From: Octopus vulgaris
Lineage: Eukaryota
NCBI GenBank assembly: GCA_951406725.2
Contig: OX597837.1
Coordinates: forward strand, 3,968,001-4,032,000
Length of the DNA stretch: 64,000 bases
Reading direction: 5' to 3'
Below, piece by piece: positions 12,181 through 25,277 of this stretch. Both the position numbers and the translations under genes were made by a program. The notes under the pieces were generated by a model that did no database searches, was not told where the DNA came from, and saw only the letters and a program-made list of their open reading frames with translations. Numbering within the stretch: position 1 is the first letter of the stretch; the number at the start of each line of letters is the position of its first letter.

Positions 12181-13487
12181 CATCTGTCGTGTCTGATGGA
12201 CGTGTGTGTTGTGATACGTGTATTGCGTCTGGAGATATGTTCGCGTATGTGCGTGAGCAGGATGTGTGAATGTCTATTAGTGTATATAATAGTGATATGT
12301 GTGTATGTGCATATAATAGTAATATGTATGTTCATATCTCGTGGTGTATTATGCGACACAATCACAATTTGTGAGTATGTGTGTGTGTGTGTGTGTGCAA
12401 GACTTTGTGCGTTTCATTTTAATTACAATTTTGGGTGTGCAATGTATAGTGTGTTTTCAGGAATGAGTATGTATTAGAAAAATTTAATTTAGATGGAATA
12501 TTATTCAAGAAAATATCACGTGGTTTTTTACAGTTGGTATTTGAAAAGAAGTAATGGCTGCCGTAAATTGTATTATATTTTAAGTGGAGAGGTCAGTCAA
12601 GGGAGATAATGATCTTTGATTGACCTCTAGACCCTGGATGTGAATATATAGTTGTGAGCATGACTCTCAAAGTTAGTATAGGAAGTGATGTATGTGTATG
12701 TGGTGTTTGTACAACGGTGTACGCATGTGCTACGGTGTGTACGTGTGAGCGTCTCTTTTGGTTTGCTTCGTGCGTATAAGTGTTTAGCGATGTTGGTGTG
12801 CGCATGCATATTTGTTAATGCGCATGCGCTTGTCATGTGACTGCAAGTGTATGCAGCTTTAGGTGTGTGTCAGATTTTAGGTGTATGTGAGGTGTGCACG
12901 TGGAATACATGAGATTACCAGATGGATATATACTTATGTGTGTGTGTGTGTGTGTGTGTGTTTCTATGTGTTTGTGTATGTGTGAGCGTGTATGTGAGTA
13001 TACATCGGATCAGTGTCCTTGATGTGTGTGAAAGGAACATGCATAGATCTAGGGCTGTTTTAGCGCTTGCCTATTTATTGTGGATACGTAAGTATACGCG
13101 GGCCTCTGGTGAATGCTGACAATTATATATGTTTATAAGCGTAGGGCGTGTGTGGTTATCTGTCACGATTAATATTGTATTTAGTTAAGTAATTAATTGT
13201 CGTTTCTACCTCATCAATTCCCTTTATACTAAAGAGAAGCAACATTAAGCCGATCTCGAAAGAGCTGCGCTTATTAAGACAATTAAATACCAATAACTTT
13301 GCTTATTCAAAACAGCTTTACATTAGATTAATTAGTCCTAGATACACTAAACACAATTAAAATGACGAAATGATCACGCATAGAATAATTTTGGCTGTAT
13401 ATCATTTGACGTGTGTCAGGGAAAGTCACAACGCAAATTGAATATAATTTCTTTTTTTTCCCTTTTTTTATTAGATATTCAGTTAGG

Positions 13488-13611
13488 TGCAGGATTGGCT
13501 CTGTGGTTAAGAAGCTTGCTTTACGATCATGTGGTTTGGGGTTCAGTCCCCACACTGACCAATGTCTTGTAAATGAGTTTAGTAAGCAGAAACTCTCTGG
13601 AAACTTGTTCA

Positions 13612-13642
<31 letters not shown>

Positions 13643-13644
13643 TG

Positions 13645-13724
<80 letters not shown>

Positions 13725-13970
13725 CGTATGTGTGTGTGTCTTAGTGTTTGCCTTTGCATCTACCACCACCCGGCAACCGGTGCTGGCTTTTTTACGTCCT
13801 CGACGAATAGTACTGATAGAGTAAGAAGAGTACGTGTGAAACTTAGAATATAACTACCGGGATTGACCTGTTCAACTAAAACCCTTCAAGACTGTGCCCC
13901 AGCCTGGTCGCAGTCAAATTGTGCGCCAGCATGGTCGCAGTCCAATGACTGAGACTAGTAAACGACAAAA
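13488..13970 (+). mobile_element. Degenerate SINE family A with expanded internal microsatellite
   Basis: GCAGGATTGGCTCTGTGGTTAAG head, GGGTTCAGTCCC B-box and a duplicated CCAGCATGGTCGCAGTC tail. Confidence 0.7.
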
Positions 13971-14689
13971 AAATATTTAATTCAATTTTTTTTTATTTCA
14001 TTTTCTTGTACGATTTTAATTTTTCGACTTTCTAATTTAAAAAAAAGACTTTATTAATTTTCCTCTGTAATAAATTGAAGTTTATAGAAATTATTTTGTG
14101 TATATTTTTTTAAACAGCCATATCACATCCGTATGGCTTCTTTCAATTACAATCCACTACTCGCTAGCATAACCTAATTAATAGCCACCAAGTAGCCATT
14201 TTAACAGGTCTTTTGTCAGTTGTAGTTGTATCACCTTCAGGAGAATAGCGTGTCATTGCGATGAAATTACAGAGCTGCTTTGTTCGTTTAAATGTTTAAT
14301 CAAATACATTACACTGACGTTTAAAATGAAAACGATAGCAGTTTGATAATTATTATTACGGATGAAGACACATTTCTTACGGAACACTCTGTAAATATTT
14401 AAACTCCTACTGCAGAAATATTTGTCAATGATATGAATAAATAAAATTGGACAATAGCCGACTGCTGCTAATTCAAATCAGCATTGATGACTAAAAGAAA
14501 AGTTATAATTATTTCTTTAATTGATAACATTTAATAATAATGATGGTGAATATACTACTAATAATAATGGTTTCAAATTTTGATACAAGGCTGGCAATTT
14601 CGATGGAGTGGGGTAAGTCTATTCCATGGGATCCAGTACTCAGCTGGTATATATTTTATCGCCCCCACCACCACCACGAGTAAGAATTA

Positions 14690-15600
14690 GATAGATTCCT
14701 TAATGCAGACTATAAGACTTGTCTGTAAAGATATTAGCATGGAATTTGGCACAGGCAAATGTGCAATATTAGTCATGAGAAGGGGACAGGTAGTCAACAG
14801 ACGGCTTGGTATTAAAATCATTGAAACCTTTAAAGGACGAGAGAGTTATAAGTATCCAGGAGTATTAAAATCTGTCAGAGTACTAACTACAGACATGAAA
14901 ACGAAAATTATGAAGGAGTACATCGCATGGCTCAGTGGTTAGAGCGTCGAGCTTACGATCGTGAGGTTGTGAGCTCGAATCCCGGACCGGGCTGCGTGTT
15001 GTGCTCTCGAGCAAGGCACTTTATTTCACGTTGCTTCAGTTCACTCAGCTGTAGAAATGAGTTGCGACGTCACAGGTGCCAAGCTGTATCGACCTTTGTC
15101 TTTCCCTTGGATAACACTGGTGGCGTGGAGAGGGGAGGCTGGTATGCATGGGCGACTGCTGGCCTTCCATAAACAACCTTGCCCGGACTTGTGTCTAGGA
15201 GGGTAACTTTCTAGGTGCAATCCCATGGTCATTCATGACCGAAGGGGGTCTTTACCCTTTACATCAGAAGGGTGAGGAAGTTAATTACGTCAAAGCTAAA
15301 TTGTCCGAATTTAGTGAAGGCTAGAAATACTTGGGCTGTATCATTACTTAGATACTGAGCAGGTTTTGTAGATTGGACAAAAACTGAATTACCAAATCTG
15401 GACAGAAGAACTAGGAAGGAATTCAATATGAATGGAAGACTCCACCCCAGGGCAGAAGTAGCAGGATTATATCTACCTAGAATGGAAGGTGAAAGGGGGA
15501 GGGGTAATATCAACAGAAGACCGCGTGGCGTTAGCTAGAATAGATATAGACTCCGATGTAGGTAATAGTGAAGGGAGTTCATTAAAATCTACTAGAATCA
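14690..15600 (+). pseudogene. R4/Dong-clade non-LTR RT relic, split by a SINE C
   Basis: KDISMEFGTGKCAILVMRRG..YKYPGV..MKTKIMKEYI|RRVRKLITSKLN..NTWAVSLLRY*AGFVDW..LDRRTRK..LHPRAEVAGLYLPR, typical of the R4/Dong RT and thumb region. Confidence 0.85.
14925..15259 (+). mobile_element. SINE family C (tRNA head, CORE-like box)
   Basis: A-box TGGCTCAGTGG, B-box GCTCGAATCCC and GAGCAAGGCACTT box. TSD TACATC at 14919-14924 and 15260-15265; removing the SINE restores the host frame KEYIRRVRK. Confidence 0.92.
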
Positions 15601-16073
15601 CAGCAAGGCATAGCGGAACCAAAACACCAAACGAATTTTAAAATCAGATTAGAATACTCTGATTTGGGCTGAATTGAGAGATCTTTAGAAACATTTCCTC
15701 GTGGTACTTCGTGTTGCCGCTTTAATGTCTGATTCCATATTTCACCGAAGTTACTTAACTTTTTTGCATTTTTCACAGATCGATAAAATAAATACCAGTC
15801 AGCTATAGAAATTGATTTAATCGATTGTCCTTTGCCTCGACCATCTCTGTCGCTGCCATCGCCGGCTGCAAATGTATATTTGATGTATTTCCGTGTTACT
15901 AACACAGAAACCGTTTCTAAATCAAGTTAATGGGCCGGAGAAATTGTTGGGCTTGTACATGGCCATTCGACCTACTAGAAATAACAGCCAGTTTTTTTCC
16001 TGCTCCTCCTTTGTGGAATCATCGATAATAGGCATCGTAATCCTGGATATTTTAAAACACTGCTTGATTACTG

Positions 16074-16133
<60 letters not shown>

Positions 16134-16406
16134 CAGCAATAACGATAAAATGTTTAAGTGATGTATTGAATGTCGATGTTTTCGCAAAAGAACTCAACTG
16201 AATTAAATTTCGCTCTTTAATGAGGGAAAGGAAACAAAGGCCTAAGGAAATTAAGCGAGTCTCAAAAAGAAGGGGAGATAAATTTCAGGAAATTAAGAAT
16301 TAAGATCAACAGGTTTCGGTCTAACTCGAACTCCTTGGCAATAACATACTCAAATTCGAACTTCGTAATAAGTTCTCAAATTATTTAAAAAAAAAAATTT
16401 ACATAC

Positions 16407-16605
16407 TTTTTTAGTCTTTTACTTCTTTTAGTCATTTGACTATGGCCATTTAGTCGAGCAAATCGATCCCAGGACTTATTCTTTGTAAGCCTAGTACTTA
16501 TTCTATCAGTCTCTTTTGCCGAACCACTAAGTTGCGGGGACGTAAACGCACTAGCATCGGTTGTCGAGCGATGTTGGGGTATAAACACAGACACAATCAT
16601 ACACA

Positions 16606-16668
<63 letters not shown>

Positions 16669-16860
16669 ATACATATATGTATATATATATACATACATAT
16701 ATATACGACAGGCTTCTTTCAGTTTCCGTTCTACAAAATCCACTCACAAGGCTTTGGTCGGCTCGAGGCTATAGTAGACGACACTTGCCCAAGGTGCCAC
16801 GCAGTGGGACTGAACCCGGAACCATGTGGCTGGTAAGCAAGCTACTTTCCACACAGCCAC
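16407..16860 (-). mobile_element. SINE family A
   Basis: Reverse complement of the 4573-5070 element with an internal (CA)n. Confidence 0.9.
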
Positions 16861-17337
16861 GATGTTGTTCTGTATTGATTAATTAAAGAAGCTTAAGTAG
16901 GACTATAGGACTATATTGCATTGTCCAGTAAGTACCGAGGTCTGTTGAGCTTCCCAGCAGTCACTTTATCTATCAGCATAGATCAGGTTTCTCCCGAAAG
17001 ACGTAAATTAATTCTATGAAGTTAATCCTCTTTGTTGCGAGAGTCACCAACAAATACTGGCGTGATTTTGTAAGCGGCGTGATGAGGAATGCGCGGCGAA
17101 GATGAGAAATGTTGAACAATGGTGGCTATTCATAGATCCACATAAAAGAATCCTGGCCAGCATGTGATTTTATATATAGTGGTAACAAATATGCATCAAT
17201 ATCTGTTGCTAATCCTTAATACTAAATGCAGATGTGACAGAATATGGTAAATACGACGATCTTCTCTCAGCTTCCGTCTACCAAAACCACTTAGATGGCT
17301 TTGGGCAGATCCATGCTATAGTATAAGAAACCCCCGA

Positions 17338-18183
17338 AGGCAGCGACTTGGTAGAAACGTTAGCACGCCGGGCGAAATGCTTAGCGGTATTTCACCTGCC
17401 GTTACGTTCAAATTCCGCCGAGGTCGACTTTGCTTTTTATCCTTTCGGGGTCGATAAATTAAGAACCAGTCGACTAGGGTCGATGTAATTGACTGGTCAC
17501 CTCCCACTAAACTTCAGGCTTTGTGCTGTTAGTAGAAAGGATATTGCAATTTTGTCTAGGGTGTTGAGCGCCGTTTGCCTGTCCTTGTTTGTCCCCTCTG
17601 TGTTTAGCCCCTTCTGGGTAGTAAAGAAATAGGTATTTCGCCTGCCGCTACGTTCTGAGTTCAAATTCTGTCGAGGTCGACTTTGCCTTTCATCCTTTCG
17701 GGGGCGATTAAATAAGTACCAGTTACGCACTGGGGACGATATGATCGACTTAATCCGTTTGTCTGTCCTTGTTTGTCCCTTCTGTGTTTAGCCCCTTGTG
17801 GGTAGTAAAGAAATAGGTATTTCGCCTGCCGCTACGTTCTGAGTTCAAATTCTGTCGAGGTCGACTTTGCCTTTCATCCTTTCGGGGGCGATTAAATAAA
17901 TACCAGTTACGCACTGGGGACGATATGATCGACTTAATCCGTTTGTCTGTCCTTGTTTGTCCCTTCTGTGTTTAGCCCATTGTGGGTAGTAAAGAAACAG
18001 GTATTTCGCCTGCCGCTACGTTCTGAGTTCAAATTCTGTCGAGGTCGACTTTGCCTTTCATCCTTTTGGGGTCGATTAAATAAATACCACTGACGCACTG
18101 GGGTCGATATAATCGACTTAATTCGTTTCTCTGTCCTTGTTCGTCCCCTCTGTGTTTGGCCTCTTGTGGGCAGTAAACAAATA
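17338..18183 (+). mobile_element. SINE family B head copy plus a 184-bp tandem multimer
   Basis: Units restart at GGTATTTCG at 17632, 17816 and 18000. AGTATAAGAAAC flanks both ends (~17320 and ~18184). Confidence 0.9.
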
Positions 18184-19317
18184 AGTATAAGAAACTCGAC
18201 CAAGGTGTCACGCGTGGAACTTGAGTCGACACCCTGAGATTGGAAACTAAGTATCTTACTACACATTAGATATATTTAACACACACACACCAAAATAGAG
18301 GCACACAGACATACTCAATCACACACATACATACACAGGCGCACACACACAGGCACACTTACACATAAAAAACACAGACACACAAGCATACAGACACAGA
18401 TACATACTCCGTCACACGCACACACCCATACGCACATTTCTCAAATTTGGTACCAATTGTGCCAAGATAAAGTAATTGTATTTGAGTCGGGAACCAAAGA
18501 GTTCAATGGTGTCTTTACAGAGACCGAGTTTTCTTGCCAAATAACTAAGTTTAAACCGACAGAATAGAGTTGGCTCTTGCTTGAATACCTTCGAGACAAA
18601 TTCTTCATCGTCTCTTGTAGTATTTCCTTTTTTTTTGAAGGAGATTTTCTACACAATCAAGACTAATCGAAGGAGTAAAGATCGTTAGATTCGATCATGT
18701 GGCGCGGATTTTATCACTGATCGAAGATTAGGATAAACAATTCGTTTCTAAATATAATTGTGATGCTCTTTTATTTTGTAGGAATTTTTGCAGCAGGAAT
18801 GGTTCTGATTTTGGTAAAGATTATCTCAAAATAGTCGAAACACTTACAACAAGAATATGTTTGTTTTTCTGGATCATTTTCTCAGTTATTTTTGTCCTTC
18901 AGCGCAAAAAGCTCGATACAGAGCCTACTTTCTTTTTATACAGATCATACAATTTTATTTCAAATAAAGGTGATAATTTTAACAAAAGTAAAATATTTTG
19001 TACATTTATTCTATGAAAATTGTTCACAGCGAAATCTTTATGTGTAAAACGAATATCAAACCCGAACGCATAGTTCTTGATAATAATAAAACATCTATAA
19101 AGCTATTTTAATACCATCTCCGCTATAATCACTTGTGCGAACAGATACATATATGCATCCACGTACACACACTCACTCACTCATACAAACATACACATGT
19201 ATATAAATATATATATATGTATATACATATATACATACACACAGATACACACATATATATATATATACTTATACATATATATACATATACTTATAAATAT
19301 ATATATATGTATCTATG

Positions 19318-19369
<52 letters not shown>

Positions 19370-20084
19370 TATATATATATATATATATACATACACTTTC
19401 AGACATACGTATGGTAGAAAGCAAAAACTATTCAATTTTGTTCAAATGTAATGTAATACTTTTTCGAAAGTGGTCGGCATTTTTGAATTTAGGACTTCGA
19501 GAATGCATGAAGATCTCATGATCTCATGAATTATTCAAAACAACTTTCGTTTTATATACGTAATTATGGAGTCTTGAAACACCAGAACAGGACAAATTTG
19601 AAAAATGGGAAATATTCTACAGAGCCTTTACAATTTTCCATTATTGCTGTTTGTCAGGCTTGGTTGTGAAACTTAAAATGTTGCTGCCGAGACTATGTGA
19701 TTATATATAATTATATGTATGCATGTATGTATGTATGTATGTATGTATGTATGTATGTATGTATGTATATGTGTATGAGTGGGTATGTAAATCTTTACCG
19801 GTGGAACTCGAAGCAGATATAGCCATAAATAATATCATGTAGAATATCAGGTTAAAAAGCCGAAGTACTACTTGTGTGACTAAAACCTACATCTTCTATA
19901 AACATGATAAACGTTTTGCAACTATACTGAAGCAATTCTTCGATTTTTTGTCCAACCACTTTAGAAGATTTGTTGTTACCAGCAGGAATTGTACATTGGT
20001 TACGTCATAAGAATTTAGAAACTTCGTAAGATGTAAAATAAATACTTTTACCGGTGTAACTCAAAATTGACAAAACTATACACA

Positions 20085-20460
20085 TATTTCGTTTTTGGAT
20101 TTGGTTTGCAAGATTCTTTATATGAGTTCGTGTGTTGAAGCATATTCTGTTGTGTCTGGGGAAAGTCATTTTCTTTTTGTGCCTTATTATTTAACAAGCT
20201 CACCGGTAAAATTTCCACTTATTTCTTATTTTAATTTTCCTAAAATTTTCCATACACACACACACTGACCCACACACATGAGCACAAACAAACAAAAAGG
20301 AACGCAGTGTAAATAACGGACAGAGTCAAGACTATTGAAAAGGTTGCAAGACGCAATGAAAATTTTAGGAAAATAAAAATAATAAATAAGAGGAAATTTT
20401 ACCGGTGAGTGTGTTAAATTGTAAGGCATAAAAAGAAAATGACTCTCGCTAGACACAACA

Positions 20461-20461
<1 letters not shown>
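20085..20461. mobile_element. Inverted pair of Penelope-pLTR-like repeats carrying a U3:A8 hammerhead
   Basis: 20147-20250 is an imperfect inverted copy of 20359-20461. An HHR motif lies at 20332-20368 and the right end abuts (TA)n. Related sequence occurs at ~51030-51090. Confidence 0.6.
20332..20368 (+). ncRNA. Minimal type-I hammerhead motif, U3:A8 variant
   Basis: cua-UUGAAAA-G-GUUGC-aagac-GCAAU-GAAA-AU-UU-uag. Stems I and II pair, and stem III is the palindrome AAUU. Confidence 0.55.
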
Positions 20462-20515
<54 letters not shown>

Positions 20516-21057
20516 GACGTATATTTGCCATTATATACATATAACATCGTATATCATCTGTTGTTAAAACAGATTAAACATTCGGCCACAATGCACCTGC
20601 ACCGTACATTGTAAAGATTATATACAGTAAATTATATAAATGTTTGAAGAAAGCGTTGAGCAATGCAGTTGAGAAGTTATGCAAGATATATAAGATGTCA
20701 ATGAAGAGATTATATTACCGTACAAAAGTTGTCTAATAATCTGTTTCGGGAAATATTCCTCAACTCAACCTGATGACAGAAAATAATGAGTATCCGTAGA
20801 TAGTTCATTATAGACTTTCCTGCTGCTAACAATGCATTTCCGCGAACTTTTGGGCATTATTTGAAGACGTAAATCATTTTCCTAAATATACGATCATCAT
20901 ACAACACATATGAGATTCTATATCTTTCGTTGCTTTCGTTAATTAATGGCAAATTAGCTGCTCAAGGGTTTTTCATATGTTTATATCATTTAAGCACATT
21001 GCAGTACCTGAGGCAAACTACAATACAATTTTACGCTTATACATTATCATTTTATAC

Positions 21058-21100
<43 letters not shown>

Positions 21101-21175
21101 TGGTACCTAGATGTGATACATTCAAATAAAAACGTGATATATATATATATATAGTTTGGTAGTTAGATGTGAATA

Positions 21176-21227
<52 letters not shown>

Positions 21228-21421
21228 TTTTTTATTTGAATGTATCCACCTCAGTACATATTTTTTACAAGCCTGGTACTTATTCTATCCATATCGTTTG
21301 CCGAAGTACTAAGATACAGGGACGTAAACACACCAGTACCGGTTGTCAAGTTGTGGTGGAGAGAACAAACACAACCAAAAATAAAAGAAAACACACAGGC
21401 AGATATGTATGTGCATGTATA

Positions 21422-21776
21422 TCTATTATATAAAATCTGTTCTGTCTGTCAGTGTTTGTGTCTAGGATCTTGGGCATCCTCCATCCGATTGCGCTCAAAT
21501 TTGATATGTAGATACCGACGGTATCAGGCCGTGTATAATTCTCGAAATTATTACAAAAATCGATTCCAGGTGAGAATGCGATCCATAAAACCGTGGGAAC
21601 GTGCATTTGTAAAATCGTATTTCTTGGAATAGAAAAAGTCTATCTTTATTTCTTCCTTTGCTGGTGTCTCAAATTTAGGTTAAATCAGTGGGACGGTCGG
21701 ACAAGTTGTTTCGAGAAAATTTCGTTTAAATGTCTGACATCTCAGCCCCGTCCATTGGACGAGGGGCGTTTTGCTC

Positions 21777-21777
<1 letters not shown>
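21422..21777 (+). mobile_element. Non-autonomous Helitron-like element, family H2
   Basis: 5' TC, subterminal GC hairpin GCCCCGTCCATTGGACGAGGGGC, 3' CTCG, inserted between A and T with no TSD. A second copy is at 56220-56760. Confidence 0.75.
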
Positions 21778-21820
<43 letters not shown>

Positions 21821-21894
21821 AAAATTTAACAAATAAAACATATGCATACATACATACATATATGTACATACCTACATCTATATGTATATATACA

Positions 21895-21938
<44 letters not shown>

Positions 21939-22264
21939 TACAGGACACCATAAATAAACGTAGAACACAACGAGAAACGAAAACATAAAAACAAACAAGG
22001 AAACGGACTTTTTTTAACAACGAAAAAGCAGAGTACAAGACAAACAATACAAGGAATATTCCCCTTCATCAGCTGCCCCTGGTTCGACTATATGCGTGTT
22101 TTGAAGGTAAGGGCAGAACACGATCCGGCCGAAGCAGTCCTTCCTGCAAAATGAATTTAATAAAATTCCTTTTGCAGAGGGGTAAAAAAAAGGAAAAAAA
22201 GTGACAAGAACAGGATGTAAAAGCAATACAAATAAAAATACATTACACGTTAATTCAGAGGACA

Positions 22265-22562
22265 GAAAAAGCAATAATACCATCAATGTTGTATGTCTTG
22301 GAGGCAACACAGGAGCAATAACTTTTTCGGATTTCTTCCAGCCAGGGACATTTTGGTTAAATTCCTTCGCTTTTCTCCCGATTTTCTTTTAGGAGTCTAT
22401 GTCTTCTCGTGAAGGAGCTTCCGTGATGTTTACTGCCCCTCCTCTCATGAGTCTGTATACTTTTGCTGCCTATTTGCGGTTAAATGTTTGTTTATTGTTT
22501 TCTCCCGGTTCTTCTCTTCCGATGTGGGAGTATTTCACTGGCAGCTTTTAGCTCCTGCTTGT
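22265..22562 (-). pseudogene. R4/Dong-like ORF fragment (region N-terminal to the RT)
   Basis: Minus strand reads KQELKAAS...AAKVYRLMRGGAVNITEAPSREDIDS*KKI..EFNQN..SYC with stops and frameshifts. It abuts (TATG)n. Confidence 0.55.
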
Positions 22563-22920
22563 ATGTATGTATGTATGTATGTGTGTATGTATGTATGTAT
22601 GTATGTATGCATGTATGTATGTATGTATGTATGTATGTATGTATATGTATGTATGTATGTATGTATGTACGTACGTACGTACGTATGTATGTATGTATGT
22701 ATGTGCATGTATGTATGTATGTGCATGTATGTATGTATGTATGTATGTGCATGTATGTATGTATGTATGTGCATGTATGTATGTATGTATGTATGTATGT
22801 ATGTGTATGTATGTATGTGTGTATGTATTTATGTATGTATGTATGTGCATGTATGTATGTATGTATGTATGTATGTATGTGCATGTATGTATTATGTATG
22901 TGTGTGTATGTATGTATGAG
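22560..22920. repeat. (TATG)n compound microsatellite
   Basis: Seen directly in the sequence. Confidence 0.95.
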
Positions 22921-23189
22921 CGTGTATACAGAGAAAGAAAGAAAGAAAGCAAGAAAGAAAGAAAGAAAGAAAGAAGGAAAAAGACAGAAAAGGCAATAAT
23001 GTATTTATAGGACGCTTGGAGAAGGAAAAGAGTTGTTGTTTTACGTTACGTTTCGAGCATACCTCTTCTCGGAATAAAAAAATAGGAATGTTGAAAGGAA
23101 GGAAGGAAGAAGGAGGGAAAAATTATCGTCAATAATCTACTTATGGTTATGAGGTGTGAGTGTCGGTGTGGGTGAGGGCGAAGAACACA

Positions 23190-23345
23190 GACTTCTTTCA
23201 CTTTCTGCCTACCAAATCCACTGACAAAGCTTTGGTCGGCCCGTGGCTATAGTAGAAGCCAGTTACCGAAGGTGCCACGCAGTGGGACTGAACCCCGAAC
23301 CATATGGTTGAGAAGCAAGCTTCGTACCATATAGCCACACCTGTA
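23190..23345 (-). mobile_element. SINE family A, 5' half
   Basis: GGTGCCACGCAGTGGGACTGAACCC and the CAAATCCACT segment. Confidence 0.8.
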
Positions 23346-23363
23346 TATTACATTGTAATATAT

Positions 23364-23872
23364 ACCTATTTCTTTATTACCCACAAGGGGCTAAGCACAG
23401 GGGACAAACAAGGACAGACAAAGGGAATAAGTCGATTACATCTACCCCAGTGCGTAACTGGTACTTAATTTATCGACCCCGAAAGGATGAAAGGCAAAGT
23501 CAACCTCGGTGGAATTTGAACTCAGAACGTAACGGCAGACGAAATACCTATTTCTTTATTGCCCACAAGGGGCTAAACATAGAGAGGACAAACAAGGACA
23601 GACAAACGGATTAAGTCTATTACATTTATCCCAGTGCGTAACTGGTACTTAATTTATCGACCCTGAAAGGATGAAAGGCAAAGTCAATCTTGGTGGAATT
23701 TGAACTCAAAACGTAACGGCCGACGAAATACCTATTTCTTTGTTGCCGACAAGGGGCTAAACACAGAGAGGACAAAAAGGACAGACAAACGGATTAAGTC
23801 GATTACATCTACCCCAGTGCGTAAATGGTACTTAATTTATCGACCCCTAAAGGATGAAAGGCAAAGTCGCCT
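23364..23872 (-). mobile_element. SINE family B trimer, 5'-truncated
   Basis: Three tandem units joined at GAAATACCTATTTC. ATTGTAATATATA on both flanks is a likely TSD. Confidence 0.9.
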
Positions 23873-25050
23873 CTAATAATAATTGTAATATATATCATAT
23901 TGCAGTGTGTGACGAAAAGTGTAAGATACAGTATCTATTATGCAGCCTCGAAAGGCAGGACTAAATGCTGTGAAATTTATATCTAACATAAACTCATGTA
24001 ATTATATGTTTCAAACGGCTGCCACCTACCTTAACCTGTACAATTAATCGTAAATCAAATCACATGCTAAATAAGTACAATTTTGTTATTTCTTTTTTCT
24101 TACCTTTGAAAGATTATAATTTATTTCTATATATAACTCTGGAACCTCACATATTGAATCAATACGGTATATGGCGGTTCTATTTAATATTTCTTTAATT
24201 GTGATATGAATAATTCATTAGTATAGCAACATGAAGTGTTATAGGCGTCAGTAGTTTAGACTTAAAAGGCATGTAACTCTGAAATTGCTAAATAAAACTT
24301 GCTAAATAACATTTTATTCATACAGATATATATGCAATAAATAAATATGTATATTTACTTGCATATATATATTAATATGAATCGGTTTATATAAAAACTC
24401 TATACAAATATTGAAAGAAATATGGAGACAAAGAACCCCGAATCTAGATGATATAAATAAAATGAAATAAAATACGGCGAGTAAGGATGGATGAAAAGAG
24501 GGAAAGAAAAGACAAAACATAGTCTATTTTTTGTAGATATTTTCATATGAATTTATAAATTATATATTTTGGATTATTACAGAGTGAGAATAGAATATTG
24601 GAATGATTGTAAAAACATATATTTTGGTCGGATTATACGCCTGACTGGCGGCAGATTGCCGGGTACCTAAGAATGTGAGATTGTACACTTTGCGGATTTT
24701 GAAACGGTTACATGCATTCTGAGTCCAAACCTTCCATTTAGTTGTTATAGGAACGATATTTAAAGTATCGATCACGCATAAAGGATTGTGGAGTCGGTTA
24801 TCGAACTCTCTCTCTCTTTCTCTCTCCACATACATACATACATACATACTTACATACATACATAGTTTACTGTTCCGTTGTAGGTTGAGTCAACAAAAAC
24901 GTACTCCATCCAGTGAGAGATAAATATTTAATATATATAACATTCAAATAAACGCTATTATTACTAGCTCTTGTTACATGTACCTATATACATACATACA
25001 TACGTACAAATATACATATATGTGTGTATTATCTCTATATGTGTGTGTGT

Positions 25051-25277
25051 GTTCTCATTCCTAATTTCTAGATTTTGTTGGATTCTCTTTCTATCATCAT
25101 CTCTGGTTATTTTCCTAGGAATGAGAACCCAAGTTCCTTAGGAATGGGAACCCAGGTTCGAAACTTCCCTTTAAACACCTGATGATGGCTGGAGGTATAT
25201 CAGCCGAAACGTGGTATTAACAACAAACAAGATGAGGAGAAATATCCGTCAAATGTAAATAATGTAAATAATGTACA
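25051..25277 (+). mobile_element. HHR-bearing Penelope-like tail module (family F), copy 1, with a short 5' inverted segment
   Basis: aacac-CTGATGA-T-GGCTG-gaggtatat-CAGCC-GAAACGT-G-gtatt at 25174-25218. GTTCTCATTCCTA (25051-25063) is inverted to TAGGAATGAGAAC (25116-25128). The module ends in (AATGTAAAT)n. Confidence 0.75.

Noticed and set aside
13200-13275. Very degenerate hammerhead-like strings (also 47368-47405)
   Set aside because: Multiple core mismatches and poor stems make them indistinguishable from chance without a family consensus.
14925-15000. tRNA-like sequences (also 39631, 49315, 50450)
   Set aside because: They have A and B boxes but imperfect cloverleafs and continue into repeat bodies, so they are SINE heads rather than tRNA genes.
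17110-17160. Minus-strand ILLCGSMNSHH resembling the LINE endonuclease GDFNAHH motif
   Set aside because: It is a single weak motif surrounded by stops.
22055-22125. CTGATGA on the minus strand with nearby hairpins
   Set aside because: No correctly placed GAAA or stem III is present, so I cannot build a hammerhead.
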